A stretch of 58,441 bases of DNA, the filler included, from Sphacelaria rigidula (lineage: Eukaryota): the NCBI GenBank assembly GCA_964200075.2. It is 10 parts of 10 records of this genome, joined end to end, with 100 filler letters (N's around TTAATTAATTAA, not from the genome) between each part and the next. Parts side by side here need not be neighbours in the genome. Positions count along the whole stretch, not along the records: positions 5,856 to 11,609 come from CAXNAA020024709.1; positions 11,710 to 17,463 come from CAXNAA020024710.1; positions 17,564 to 23,317 come from CAXNAA020024711.1; positions 23,418 to 29,171 come from CAXNAA020024712.1; 6 more parts are not named here. One strand, written 5' to 3'. How positions within the stretch are numbered: the first letter of the stretch is position 1; each line of letters starts with the position of its first letter. Positions 11,461 through 23,884 of this stretch are shown piece by piece. The position numbers and the translations under genes were made by a program. The notes under the pieces were generated by a model, which saw only the letters and a program-made list of their open reading frames with translations, had not been told where the DNA came from and ran no database searches.

Positions 11461-13299
11461 TGGGGTACTAAAAACAAATATAAAAGAGAAAGCTCCTGTC
11501 TTGACCTTCCTCCTGTGTGATACCGGTTGGTGCGCCCACATTTACCGAAAGGTGTAAACAGCCAATCATCTATATTGAGGATGGTGCTATTGATTGAGGA
11601 TGAGAACCCNNNNNNNNNNNNNNNNNNNNNNNNNNNNNNNNNNNNNNNNNNNNTTAATTAATTAANNNNNNNNNNNNNNNNNNNNNNNNNNNNNNNNNNN
11701 NNNNNNNNNTTTTTATCGCGAGAGGGATTCAGCAGTCCCTTTCGCTCGTCGACGGTGAAGTCGATTTTTGTGTACCCACGACTTTTCGGTATGTGTGAGC
11801 GAGCCCACACAGGTGGAAGGCCAACACTGGAGTTTTTTTTGTATTTCCTTGTTTTATTTGAGTACTCCACCCTCCTTCTGCGTTGCTTGCCTTTTTATTT
11901 TTTATCGCGAGAGGGATTCAGCAGTCCCTTTCGCTCGTCGACGGTGAAGTCGATTTTTGTGTACCCACGACATAGTCGCTCTCCACTGTGCGGGGTCCCA
12001 ATGTCAGATCCTGACCCATCCTTTTTGGCAGCATCCAGAAAAAGCACCCATAGACTAGCCATTTGGTTTCGCTGGGGGGGTAGGTACAAACACACGTACA
12101 TGCACGTTCCGCTCGTGCCTTTTTGCCTGCATGTCCTCAACATGCACAAATTTACAAGCTGACTTTCAAACTATGCCGGAGCTGTCCGAAAGGGTACAGT
12201 ACCGCAGGGTGAGTCCACCTCACAAAATCACCATAATATCTTCAGTTTTGTATACGGCCCGTCTCGACAGTTTTTTTCTCAATTTAAAACGTACCGCTGT
12301 GTCGGCAGATGAAACATATTTGAAACATGTAGATTTATTTTTGTCTCGTTCAGGCGTATTAGAAGGAGAAACCTAACGAAACCCCCTAAAGCCCGACCAA
12401 GGGTGTGACTACTAGGTGTGACACTGTACTGTATTGTATATTATTTTGTAAATGACACAAATTTGGTACAACTTTCAGGTCGTCGATCGCGGGTCTGAGC
12501 GGGACATCTGCAGTAGTATCGTCTGGCTGCTCGGTCGAGATCACTCGAGGCACGCTCAGCGCAGAGATCCCTGGATTTAGACACGCACATCGCCTATTAT
12601 TCGACGAGTGATCCGGTAATCTATGGAACTCGATCGTGTCAATTGAGGGGGGAATTTCCAGTCAGGAATTACCGCTAGTGTACAGTACACCAGCACTGCA
12701 GGCTTATGCTTTTGGAACATTCAGCTGGAAGTGTGCGGAGGGTTTACAGACAACTCAACCCTTCTGACTGAGAGCGCTGCTTTTGCAAAACTGTTGATTG
12801 GGCATCGTCGACACTCCAGACTATGTCAAACAAGAGAGAAGATAAGCAGCAGGATGACTATCCTGCGGCGGAAGCTGCGATAGATGTGAATGACGATGAC
12901 GAAGAAGAATCAGTGACGGAGGTGAGCATAAACGTGACGTTGGATAACACCATGTTTAAGGACGAGATGGGTTTGTCCCAATTCGGGATGATTAGTTTCA
13001 TGATTCAAGTATTTTTCAAATAACGCTAACCCGAGCCGTCACCCCAGCCCAAGGTGCACTGAGAATCCTTGAGTAAGAGGTGTGTAAATGGCCCAGAAAG
13101 GTCCCCCTAGGCAAAGCGTGCGTTGGCAGAGGGGCCGACTTTAACACAAGCTCCGTCTGCGCGCGCTAGGGAGCACTTGAGACTTTCAGCCTGAACAAAG
13201 ATCCGAATCTCGGCGTTTCTGTTTAAATCAAGTACTTTAACATCAACATATGCCGATTTTTTTTTGCTCAAAGGAAGGGGGAAACGTGACCCAACACTT

Positions 13300-13490
13300 A
13301 CCCCGTGAGCGGGTTCCTGTGCCGATTACCCGAAGGCTAGGCTAGACCACCTCGCGGCAGTCATGTGATGTAGGCGCCTCGGGCGTTCGCAAGCTTTGCT
13401 CAAGGCAATGTGGGGGTCCGAACCCCTCAACCCCCTGCCAACTTGACGCAGTGCACGCGTCGCCCTTCTCTCAAGAACTTCGCCCCTAGG
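13300..13490 (+). repeat. ~190-bp dispersed repeat; second copy at 16950-17140
   Basis: Shared sequence includes gagcgggttc...gattaccc...ctcgcggcagtcatgtg...caacttgacg.agtgcacgcg. Confidence 0.75.
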
Positions 13491-13516
13491 ACGCCGAACC
13501 GGGACAATCTCTACTG

Positions 13517-13724
13517 TTAACCCTTGGACAACGAGAGTGGGTCATTTGTCGCATCGGCGTCAATTTCACTTGAAGAGAGTATGGTTGGTCCATATGGACT
13601 ACCCTCGGGGTTTCAGGGTTAACCATTCGATCGCCAGTTTAGGTCATCTGTTGGATCAGCGTCTGTTTCACTTGAAAACTTGATGCGTGACCCAGATGAC
13701 CTACTTTCTCGGCCAAGGAGTTAG
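13517..13724 (+). mobile_element. Two tandem ~98-bp TTAA-flanked TIR mini-elements (same family as 32883-33710)
   Basis: ttaa|cccttggacaacgagagtgggtcat...gactaccctcggggtttcaggg|ttaa|ccattcgatcg...cagatgacctactttctcggccaaggag|ttag. Confidence 0.65.
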
Positions 13725-14159
13725 GGGTCGACGCAAACGAGGTAATTTTTTTCTCGTTGTTGCATTTTGTTCATGCACGTTTTCCTGTTTTCCGTGTTTC
13801 GTAACGTGCACGACTCTTTCGCCCATCGTAATGTTCGCTTGTTTTCAAGTTGAATTGGAATGTGAGCACACCCGAAAATCAGCACTGCGGTCTTGCTTCA
13901 TGCAGTTTGGGGTACGCTAGCCCCTAAACTGCGCACACCGTTACCGTGCTTCACGCAGATATGATTTTGCTATTCGTGGTGGTGATCATGATGGCATTAG
14001 GCCTCTGCGCTGCTCGCATGACACGGTGTGATGAGATGTGGGATGTGGACGTGGGCTCCAAACCGTTTAGAGTGAAGCAAGCTTTTTTCCCCTTTTCAAA
14101 GGTGAAAAAAGAAAAGGTGGGTGGAAATCGCGGCCTATCGTCAACCCTCTCAAACGTCG

Positions 14160-14416
14160 GGCAAATAATGATTCGTCTGAAAATTACTTGAATTCGGTAT
14201 GATTGATTCCCATAGTGCGAGTAAATACTTGGGCTTTGTTTTCAGCCGTGCACCTCAGGTACATACCCCCGAGGCACGTGGGATCTCGCACAATTTGAGT
14301 AGTTCGCACAATTTGAGTCGTTCGCACAATTTGAGTAGAGACTTTGACCCGAGGTCAACTTTTTTTCTTCCTTTTGAGCAATCAGGCGTCGAAAATCGTG
14401 AGATTTGGTGATTCGA
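14160..14416 (+). repeat. Dispersed ~220-250-bp repeat with an internal 18-bp x3 tandem (14286-14338); homolog at 29811-30030
   Basis: Both copies share caaataatgattcgtctg...ggctttgttttcagc...gcaatcagg...atttggtgattcg. tcgcacaatttgagt occurs three times in this copy only. Confidence 0.7.
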
Positions 14417-14984
14417 AGCAGCAATGATTCGTCCGGCCTTGAACCTTTTGACTGTGAGCCTCTCCTCGGAACAAACTTCGCCGGCTGACAGTCTAGGGAC
14501 ATCCAGGGGTTTCCAGGGCGGCGGGGGGAGGTGGCTTTGGGAGGTGGGGGGGTGCCTGTTCCCGGAGCAGCCGGAAATGTTACGTCAGCGATGTATGTTC
14601 GTAAGGTTCCTGCGGAAGATTCTAAGCCGGTAATGAGGCCTGAGAGGAGGAGGGTGACCATTTCATGGTTGTGGTCGATCAGAACGGTCACTTTGTTCCT
14701 CTACTGATGGACTGCTTCGCCGCGAAGCTGTATGTGACCATTTTGGCCACGATCACTCAACTATAGAAAGTATGAGCACAAGACATGTTTTTTCTCTGCT
14801 CGAAGTCTTTGCCGTCTACCTGACCCCTCTTGTGTTGCCGGCATTTCTTCACACTATATGTGGTGTTGTGGTTCACTAAGCAGAGACGCCAGCAGCGTGG
14901 AATAAATAGACTGTTGAGTGAAGAGACTTGGCCCGCTGACTATTGCTTACTGACTGTTGTATGCAGCCAGTGATGTGTGAAAAA

Positions 14985-15405
14985 AATGCATGTACGGTGG
15001 AGTAGCAGGTGAAGCTGCAGCAGCAGTACAGAGACGGTAAAACAGAAGATGCAGTTGAGGCGATGAGACGTGCGTGGAAGATCGATACACGCTCGAGGTG
15101 TTCCAGCCCTGCCCCGAGAGTAGGCTGACTTCAGTGGAGAGCGATGCCACGCTGACTGTTTTATGCCGTTGTATCCAGCCCTGATGAAACAGATCGCATG
15201 TATGTACGGTAGAGTATTTGCAGAGGAGCAGAACGGACACGGAAAGAGGGTGTATAGTTGAGACCATGCGAGATGTGTGCCAGATCACAACACGCTCGAG
15301 GCGTACCAACCCTGCCCCGACAGCACCAGGATTGATGCGAAAGCATAGACAGAAGAGGAGGCTGCATGTTGTTTGTGTGTGTCAAAGCAGTGGCGGCTGC
15401 CAGCA
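14985..15405 (+). repeat. Degenerate tandem duplication (~210-bp unit); homolog at 54865-55070
   Basis: The motif gttgag.c.atg...cacgctcgagg.gt.cc..ccctgccccga occurs twice here and once in the last scaffold. Confidence 0.65.
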
Positions 15406-16204
15406 TGCGCCACTTCCAGACCATAGAAGAAAAGTACTCATGTGCCCCACGGAAAGTAAACATTGCTTAGCGAAGACCTACTGACTCTTGACAGCAGCCT
15501 CAAAACCGGTCAGAGATTTTCCGAGACTGTTTTCTTCATCTCTCTCTCTCTCTCTCTCTCTCTGTAAACAGATGTGCCCGACAACCACATTTAATGAAAA
15601 AAAAAAAAAATGTCTTTTAGAAAAGCAGCTTTTCTGAATCCCAAATGTAGCACAGTCCATCTGAGTTCACCTGTGGGGGGTTCACGGTCAATGGATGAAG
15701 ACCACGGCTGTATGCGATACTCAATCCACCGCCAAGCATATCATGTCCTGATTTCAGGGAGGTCGATGTTCCCAAATAGAGAGAACCTGCTCAGCTGTAG
15801 TATAGCGTCGGGTTTATCGGCGTTGTAATAGTCAAACGACGACGATATATTCCGAAAAGGAGTCTGGCGCCCTCATAGAGTTGAATCGTCGTCTGAGCGC
15901 CCGCAACCCTTGACGCTTACTTACGGACGGAGTTTTGCAACAGGGATTGGGCGTTGTTCCGAGTGCAGAGAATTGAATCTTACGGGCGGGATTCTTTTCT
16001 AGATGTGCAAAGTCTTCCGGGCTGAACGTTTCATGGGCCGCCGCAGGGGCAGGGTGGTTCAATGGTCCAACTGACCGTAAGGGTGGAAAGAGCGCGAGTT
16101 TCATTCCCGCCAGATATTTTTTTTCTTCTTCGAGGTATCTGATGTTCCGTCATTGAACTAGTGAGGACGTGAGTAGCGAAGATGAGAGTTTTTCGACTGA
16201 GTTT

Positions 16205-16340
16205 GTTTGACGAGAGTCGACGCAGCGCGGAAGTGCTGATAGTCATGATCCAATCCGCGAAGACCAAAATGCAAGGTGTCTGTACCAAGGAGATATGTGT
16301 TGATCCCTTGAGACCACGGCCCCGTCCTGAAGAAGGGGAT
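16205..16340. repeat. Dispersed repeat (gtcgacg...gtgctgat.gtcatga.ccaatccgcga...gttgatccct.g.gaccacgg); related copies at 39005-39140 and 50850-50960, partial inverted copies near 1746-1795, 17945-17990, 20365-20415
   Basis: Aligned by eye across five scaffolds. Confidence 0.65.
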
Positions 16341-18265
16341 CAGCCGGGAAGTGTGACGAAGATATAAAATATTAGGAGTCGATTGCCATGCATATGCCGC
16401 GGGTCATGACTATCATTTGTGCACGAGCTGCCGTCGGCAGCATACTGCCGTGTTTGGTCAAGCGAAGCAGCAGCGATGGTGGCGCCAGAAATGCATGTGG
16501 TGACCATACATTTACGAACATGCCAGCATATACAGAGGAAAGTGGTTCATGGGCAAAAAACGTGCACCGCCATCCCCACGAGAAAGTCTGCCAAGTGCCG
16601 GCTGATACATTTTATTTTGCAACACTCCTGGTAAAATATCACTCATGTCGCGCTAGCGTCGTATCTAGGCATACAAAATCATCCTCCGAAACCTTGGGGA
16701 ACTGACTGTCAGCGGAAAACACATCGGAACAGAAAAGCATGGACGTGCAAAGCTTTCAAATGACAATACCACCGGAGTGGGGCCGCTTTCAATAGTCTTT
16801 TTGTTCGAAGATGTTTTTTTTTCCAAGGGGCTTGTGAGTTTTTTAATGCAGTAAGTCCGACAGAGAGGAGAAATATCCCAGTGTGAAGAATTATCAACCC
16901 TTTTTTTTCCCCCTTGAAGAAGGGAGGAGAAAACCTCACTCAACACGGACCCCGCGAGCGGGTTCGTGCGCTGATTACCCAGAGGCTCGGCTAGACTGCC
17001 TCGCGGCAGTCATGTGGGGTAGGCACCTCCAGCGCTCGCAAGGTTTGCGCAAGGCAAGTGTGTTGGTCCGACTCACTAAAACCCCCTGTCAACTTGACGA
17101 AGTGCACGCGCCGCCCTACTCTTACGAGCTTCGTCCCTAAAGAATTAATCACCAACTATCCCGAGCGACGACAGAATTCGACGATAGGACTGATGCATTC
17201 GTGTGCGCTTCCACCCGAATCCCTGCAGGTCCACTCGCTGGAGGGCGCTACCTGGCGGGATATGCGCGTTGGGCAGGCAAGTAATGCCGGAGATTTTCTT
17301 CTTCTGTTTTTTTTTTTTCTTGTTCCTTTTTTTTTATGAACAAAGACTCGAGGCGACTTTTTTTTGGGGGGGGGAAGGGGAGGAGAGGGATATACTCAAG
17401 ACCATGCATGCCATATTCATAAGACCATTGACCTCGCATCCCTACAAAGCCGGGACGGAGCACNNNNNNNNNNNNNNNNNNNNNNNNNNNNNNNNNNNNN
17501 NNNNNNNTTAATTAATTAANNNNNNNNNNNNNNNNNNNNNNNNNNNNNNNNNNNNNNNNNNNNTGAACCAGACAAAATTTCGCGAAAAAAGTGCACCCCT
17601 ACCGTAGCATTGCTCATGGAGATTTTTTTTGTATGACTTACTTGGACAGACAAGGAACCTGGGATGGGGCTGAAACTAGCCAGCCGATTCCCGCCGCATG
17701 TTTTGCGCCCTACGGAACCGAGAGCTTCAGCAGCAGCGCGCGCAATATATGGTATTGAGTATTGAGACACGGTGGACAGATATCATGGTTGTTGTAAAAA
17801 GCATGCCTTCGGCTTTTTTTACTGTGCATTCCGTCTCTCTTTTGTGTTTGCACACTTTTGATCCCCCTCGCCTTCCTCCGCACGAGTCCGTGGTCTCAAA
17901 GCTCGGATCAACGAATCTCTCACGCCTCGCAACTTGGTATCGCGGGTTTTGGATCAGCACTCCCGCTTAGCGTCGACTCTCGTCAGTGTCAACTATACTT
18001 TTCTACTCACAAAAAAAGAAGGACCTAATCTGCCGGAAATAAAACCGTCATTCTTCCGACCTAATGATTTGAATTGTATAACATTACACCACCTGGCGCG
18101 GCAGGTATCCTGTATCTCTGTATATCGGGCCGATAAGCGTAAACTGTTGAGTGCTCGTTCCGTCACACCAACCCCAAAATGGCCGACCTATATCTCAGTT
18201 TTTGCTGGTCTGGCTCTTTCCCACGTGACGTTTGCGGGCTCTTCGATTCGTTCCCCTACACTCAG

Positions 18266-21200
18266 GTTGATCCCTCGATGGCGGAATCATCAATTTGCAG
18301 GGCTGAGGTATCCAAGAACGGCAAAGTTAACCCCTCGACAACGTGGACCGTATTCATCAGAGGCGTTGAACACCAGGTGCGTATCCCTTCCAAGGGAAGA
18401 TACCAATTGCGGTTCATGTCTGGCGCGTATCCGACGCGCCGCGCACGGTTCAGGGGGTGTATCCCCACTGTTGAATACTACCTGGAAAAGAAGGTAAAGC
18501 CAGTTTGTAGATTTGGAGTCATCAAATCCGCGATGCACTGAAGAAGCGCGACACGCACACATACGCGCGCGCGCACCGCTTTGAAAATCCCAATTTCTTT
18601 GCACAGCGTTCCCAGTGATTCCATTTTTAATATTTACGGAATAGAAACTCACACCTTTCGGTAACCTCAACGTTACAACTATATAAATGGGGCATATACT
18701 TTGCGTGTATGCGCACGAACTAGTGGCTGGAAATAAGCCCACGCAAATACTCGATTAATCCATGCAAAATTTCAGTCACGTACTCGCGTGACCCTTCGTA
18801 CATCTGAGAGCGCCACCGATCCGAAGACAAGCATCATATCAGCGAGGTAAGCAGCAGGTATTGAACAAACCGTATTCTGCACCTCCGAGGGACGAACTGC
18901 GTCTTTTCTGTGTTCCTCCTTCATGGATCGGGAGGTGTTTCGAAAAACCAAAGATATAGATCGATCAGGGGGAAATGACGTTGTTCCCCAGGGCAGGAGA
19001 GACCTCAGTCAGCGGTTCAGACATCAAGTGTTGGCAGCAATACGGATATTCGAGCACTCGCGCCAGATTGAGCAACACCCCCGATATACATTCTCAATGA
19101 CTGCGCTCACATCGAGTGTTATCGCCGTTCCACCCAGAAATACCTACCTCATGCTTCCGCTGGTGCAGCTGCTACGGCGGCCGCGACGGTGTAATACTCA
19201 AGTCAGGAACGCACGGTATCTAGAGTGGGAAAGAGAATGGGGTTTGTCCGAGGGAGAGTATTCAACTGTTGTAGCCGTTTTTTTCCGGGTACAACCGCGA
19301 GGGGTTGTTGTCTAGAGCTTGATGTCTCTGAACGAGGGCCGGAGAAGAACACAGGAAGAGGGAATAGCAGGATACGCGGAAGGGGTATGACTCGACTTCC
19401 CCGAACCTACGTCCTCTCAAGTTTGCCTGCGCTCGAGATTCCCAACGACAAATTGCGAACATGCTAAACGTGGACGTATACACGCCCCGAGCTTTCAGCA
19501 TCTGTGATCGATTAATACTTGTGCGATAATCAATCAATCAATCAGCTAATCAAATGAAAATCACTCTTGCAGGTCGTGCTCAGCAGAAAGTGGTCGCAAA
19601 AGGTGGTGGTCCTGTATGACGGGGGGGTCATCCTCGACAAGCGCTTCGTGTCCAAGCCGCCAGAGGGGTGCTTCGCGGCGTGGGCGGGCGACGGAGTCAG
19701 CTTTGCAGTATACTACAATAGCGTGAGTGCGTCTCTCTGGATATGTGGGATTTCTGCCATACTTTCACCCCCCTACCCCCCCTCCTCCTCAGGACAAGTC
19801 CAGAGTTGTTGAAGAATTGAGCCATATCTTCCCCCGTACCTGTCCTACAGTGTTGGTAATGGGCGTTGGATAAGCTCAACCGCAGCCCGTCGACTTTTAT
19901 CGAATCGATGTTTCTCTTGTTTTTTTCAGTCACACTTTCGACCTCTCCCCTTGCTGGAGGAGGTTTAACCGGCGTTGGGCTACAATCTGTCCCATGATCG
20001 ACACATTTTTAAGCTATCGCTAACCCTAACCCTAACCCCGAGCCAAGGTATATCGAGAACCGTCGGGCAAGAAAGGTACCTCGGATTCCCTAGGCAAAGG
20101 GCGGCCTTGGTAAACTCTAAATCGGCGCCTGTTGCGCCGATTTCAACGAAAACGCGTTCTGCGCGCGACAGAAGCGTACAGGACTGTCAGCCCCACGAAA
20201 AGGTCCAATTCTCGTTGTTCACACTCAAACCAAGTAATATCAACTATGGACAAATTGTACCCCAACGCCGATTGACTCTACTGCCTTGCTGTGGACAAAT
20301 CCGTGGTCTCAAGAGATTCACTCCCCCCCCCCCCCCCCCGGTACACGCCCTTGCATCTCGGTGTTGCGGATTGGACCATGACCAGCATTCCTGCACCCTC
20401 TTCACTCTCGTCAAGTATTCTCTCGTTGCTACTGATGTTCTTACGGTAATGTGGCGCCAACAAACAGCTCAAAGTGTGTGGCCGCCGGAACACTGTTGAG
20501 AAATAAAACAGATGGGATTCTGCGTCAGCTTTTTGTTCTCTGATGTTACGGAGTTTCGAGGAACTATTTCCAAGACTCAACCAAAAGATGCAGAAAACTG
20601 ACCGGAGTCTTCCGTTTTTTTTTTTTTTTTTTTTTTCTTCTTTGTTCGATGTTTTGTAGTTTGTCGGTACGCTCTCCGAGAAACGAAACAGCTTGATGGT
20701 GCGAAAGGATCGACCGACAGCTTCATTTCGTTTGTTGCTCCTGGTTAGCATTCTGATTCATCGAGGCGAGAGTTGAAAGTAATACAGCGATGGTCATGTT
20801 TCAGCTATGGTTGGTACGTCACGAATCCTGCCCGCACGGCAAGAAACGAACGCGCTTCCCCTGATGATATTACTACGTGGACCCCGAAGTTTTTTTTCCC
20901 TATGTAAAAAGTCATGTCCCGGCCCAAGCTAAAGTCTGCAAGCAAGACAACCGGGTACGAACCAGCTTCACCTTGAGTTTCGCATAACAGACCAACACAA
21001 CGTTGGCATGCGCTTGCGTTGGCAAAGTTTCGAGTTGCTATGAGGGTGCGATAGTATCGGAAGAGATTGAAACGTGTGGCATTCAGATAGCATGGCGTAG
21101 AGTTCACCGGCGAGAGGAATCGATTTTTGCTTTAAGACTCAAGCGCGAGATGGTGTTGAGCGCACTGCGGGCGCAAATAGGACAAAAAGCAAACAAGCGC

Positions 21201-22927
21201 ATTTTCTATGCGAAGAAATGCACAGATGGTCTCCGAAATTGGTACTGCTGGATATGCCATGCTGTTTTTTTTTTCTGGTGTTGCTAGCGTGCAAGTCTTG
21301 TGTGTCAGTGTCAATAACGTCCCCATGAAGAATCGTTCGTTCCAGACCGAAATTATTTTCATCCTTGCTTCACCAACACGTGTGATGTACGTACATCGAA
21401 CTACATCGGGCAGTGGGAAAAATACAGGTCTTTGATCCCGCCTCTCACATCTCAGTACACGACGTGAGGGAAAAACCGTAAAATGCAAATTACAATCTCT
21501 ATAAGGTGATTTGCCGATTAATTTGTACATGTACTGTATGTGCGCGCGCTCAGGGGACTGGGTTGTGCTCATGATCTTGCATGCCGTACTCATACAACCA
21601 TTGACCTCGCATCCCTACAGAGCCGGGATGGAGCACGTCGGGTTTTCGCCGGACCAGGCTCGCAACCACCAAGCGCGAAGCGCCATGATGTGCTCGGCGA
21701 GTCGCATGAAGGATGAGCGGCATTCTGCCAAGATTAAACGCGCGGGTAGGGGGGGGGGGGGGCGTACGGTACCCAAACACCTAGTAGCCTAAACACGCAG
21801 GAGTGTGAGGTACACACGATAAAACCTGATGCACTCACCACCTAATACCGAACATAATCACAAATAGCCCGCGTGTGTCCCATTAGTGTTCGGGAGACTT
21901 GAAATACTGACAAATCCAAACGGTCGATACGCCATGAGCTTATCCTGTAGTGCCGCACAAGGCAAGCGTTAAATCCTCTCGTGGCATATGTTGTCTTTGA
22001 CGTCGATATATATTTGCACGTCTTAATAGTAGCCATGTGCTTCTTCTGCCTCCTTCTACAAAAAATGGCCAGGCCATCGCGAACCGTTACGAGCTGCAGG
22101 TAAACGGTGTGGAATTTTCACAGTTACCCTTGAGCGCAGTGGTGAGGGCACACAGAGAGCGCCAACAGAGGAAGAGGGCCGAGGAGAACGCAAGGCGACA
22201 GCCAAAGACATACGTTCTACGGTAAGCTCCTGGCTATTGCTTCTGACACTGCGGTAGACTTGGTGAAAACAATCTCTATTGCTGGTCACCTAGGATAATT
22301 ATCGTGTGCTTGGTGTGTATTGCTGTTTTTTGTGCTTGGCATCATCACTGAACGCACTGCCGAAATCATACGCGAGAAGTGCACACGCGCACGCATTTCT
22401 CACCCTGCCATTTCTCGTCGGGGACACACTACAGTATGTTGGTCTCGATCTACATGTCATGATCCACATACACGGAATCAACATATACCTCACTTGCAAG
22501 TGACGACAACCTTCTAAGCAATCTTGCTTCGCATGGTAAGGAGCATCAGCAATCCCCAAGAGGAACTTCTGTGACGACATCCGTAAATCGTGAGTGTCGG
22601 TCGAGTAACACAAAACAGAGATACCAACGCATGTAAGTAACCCCTTTCCCGCCCCTCGCCCCCGTACAATCCGCACTCTAGCTAATGCATTCCCCTCATT
22701 TCCGCCGTGTTGATCCCTACCGATGTTTGCGCTCTTTTTTTTGTTCTTGCTGACGTTTTTCTTTCCTTCATTTATTGTCTCACTGGGTCTCTCTCAACCA
22801 ACCAACTCGCCGGACCCAATTTTCAACGCTCATCAGTGCTGTCAGAAGCACGCCGAGCGGAAAACAATTGTCAGCCGAAAGTTGCAGCTCTTCCAGCAGC
22901 GGTAGTGGCCGCAACCTCCGCTGCTAA
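18266..22927 (+). CDS. FAIM-like (Fas apoptotic inhibitory molecule N-domain-like) small protein; exons 18266(ATG 18278)-18376, 19573-19722, 22073-22221, 22837-22927; ~162 aa if the ATG at 18278 is the start
   Basis: AG/GT exons with compatible phases (0,0,2) give MAESSICRAEVSKNGKVNPSTTWTVFIRGVEHQ|VVLSRKWSQKVVVLYDGGVILDKRFVSKPPEGCFAAWAGDGVSFAVYYNS|AIANRYELQVNGVEFSQLPLSAVVRAHRERQQRKRAEENARRQPKTYVLR|AVRSTPSG...NLRC*. The pattern W.V...G..H.V......K.V...DG......Y.L..NG resembles FAIM1. The family call is from recall and the last exon is less certain. Confidence 0.65.
21555..21760 (+). repeat. Most abundant dispersed repeat family in the window (g-run-gtactcatgatcttgcatgccg...ccattgacctcgcatccctacaaagccgggacggagcacgccggg...); copies at 17390-17463, 30535-30625(-), 37230-37625, 41045-41265, 47685-47990, 49420-49760, 52290-52410(-), 52771-52967(-)
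   Basis: At least nine recognisable copies on seven scaffolds, in both orientations, with short (~200 bp) and long (~380 bp) forms. Confidence 0.85.
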
Positions 22928-23884
22928 GCGGATCGGTCGGTCCGTCCGATGGAAAGGAAGGAGGTCCCGGCCTCGGGGGTAGCGGCTGCGCCTATCCCGT
23001 GCTTGTGGTCTTCGTTCGTTGTGGGGTGGAAAGTCGGTATACGATAGCATTGGCTCATGATGTTCGGATGCCACGAACACAACGCCACGGTACATCTTCG
23101 GTAAAACGTCTGTCCAGTGGTTGTTTTATAAGAATAATTTATTGCAAGAGATGTGATTCTTATCTTCTCTTTTCTGTTTCTGTTTTTGTTTCTGTTGTTT
23201 TTTTTTAGTTTACTCTGTTTTGTTTTTTTCTTCCCTTTCCTGTTTTTTTTTTTTTTTCTTTTTTTTTGCGTGTTTTTTCCTTTTGTTTTTTTTTTTTTTT
23301 TTTTATTTCTGTAGTGGNNNNNNNNNNNNNNNNNNNNNNNNNNNNNNNNNNNNNNNNNNNNTTAATTAATTAANNNNNNNNNNNNNNNNNNNNNNNNNNN
23401 NNNNNNNNNNNNNNNNNTTTTGTGCTTGGTTTTTGTAGTTGGTCGGGGCACCGGCCCGTCCGTTGCCGCGGTGCCGCTCGGGGGGGGGGGGGGATACAAA
23501 CCTATGGATCCCTGACATTTTCACGACCATCCCAAGGATCAACAGCAGTGCAGCAGGAATAGCTCTGCTGTAAAATTCAAAACGTGATCGCCACGTACTA
23601 CATGATGAATGAAAGGCGATAGGGAGAATTGAAGATGCGTGAATCCATCGACAAACCGCAAAATTCGATGCGCACGTTGTTGCCCGGCCGGCCCTTCTTG
23701 TGGGGTGCTTCGCGGGCGGGCCACGCGCGGGGGGCGTACTCGTTTTGTTGCTTGTCATAGTCATTTCACCGCTGATCATGCATCCGAGACAGAGCACCGT
23801 CCCTACTCCTGATAAGGACACATCTCCAACATGTGGGCGCTCATTACGTTTCTTTCATGCATTTCACAAAACCGCTGTTATATA

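Noticed and set aside
11710..11970. Identical ~72-bp direct repeat as LTRs of a tiny element
   Set aside because: It is a piece of a dispersed repeat lying at a scaffold start, so it could be a collapsed or mis-joined copy; no TG..CA ends.
12823..13023. Acidic 66-aa ORF (MSNKREDKQQDDY...)
   Set aside because: It has coding-like composition but no recognisable domain and no partner exon that I could identify, so it is not supported as a gene.
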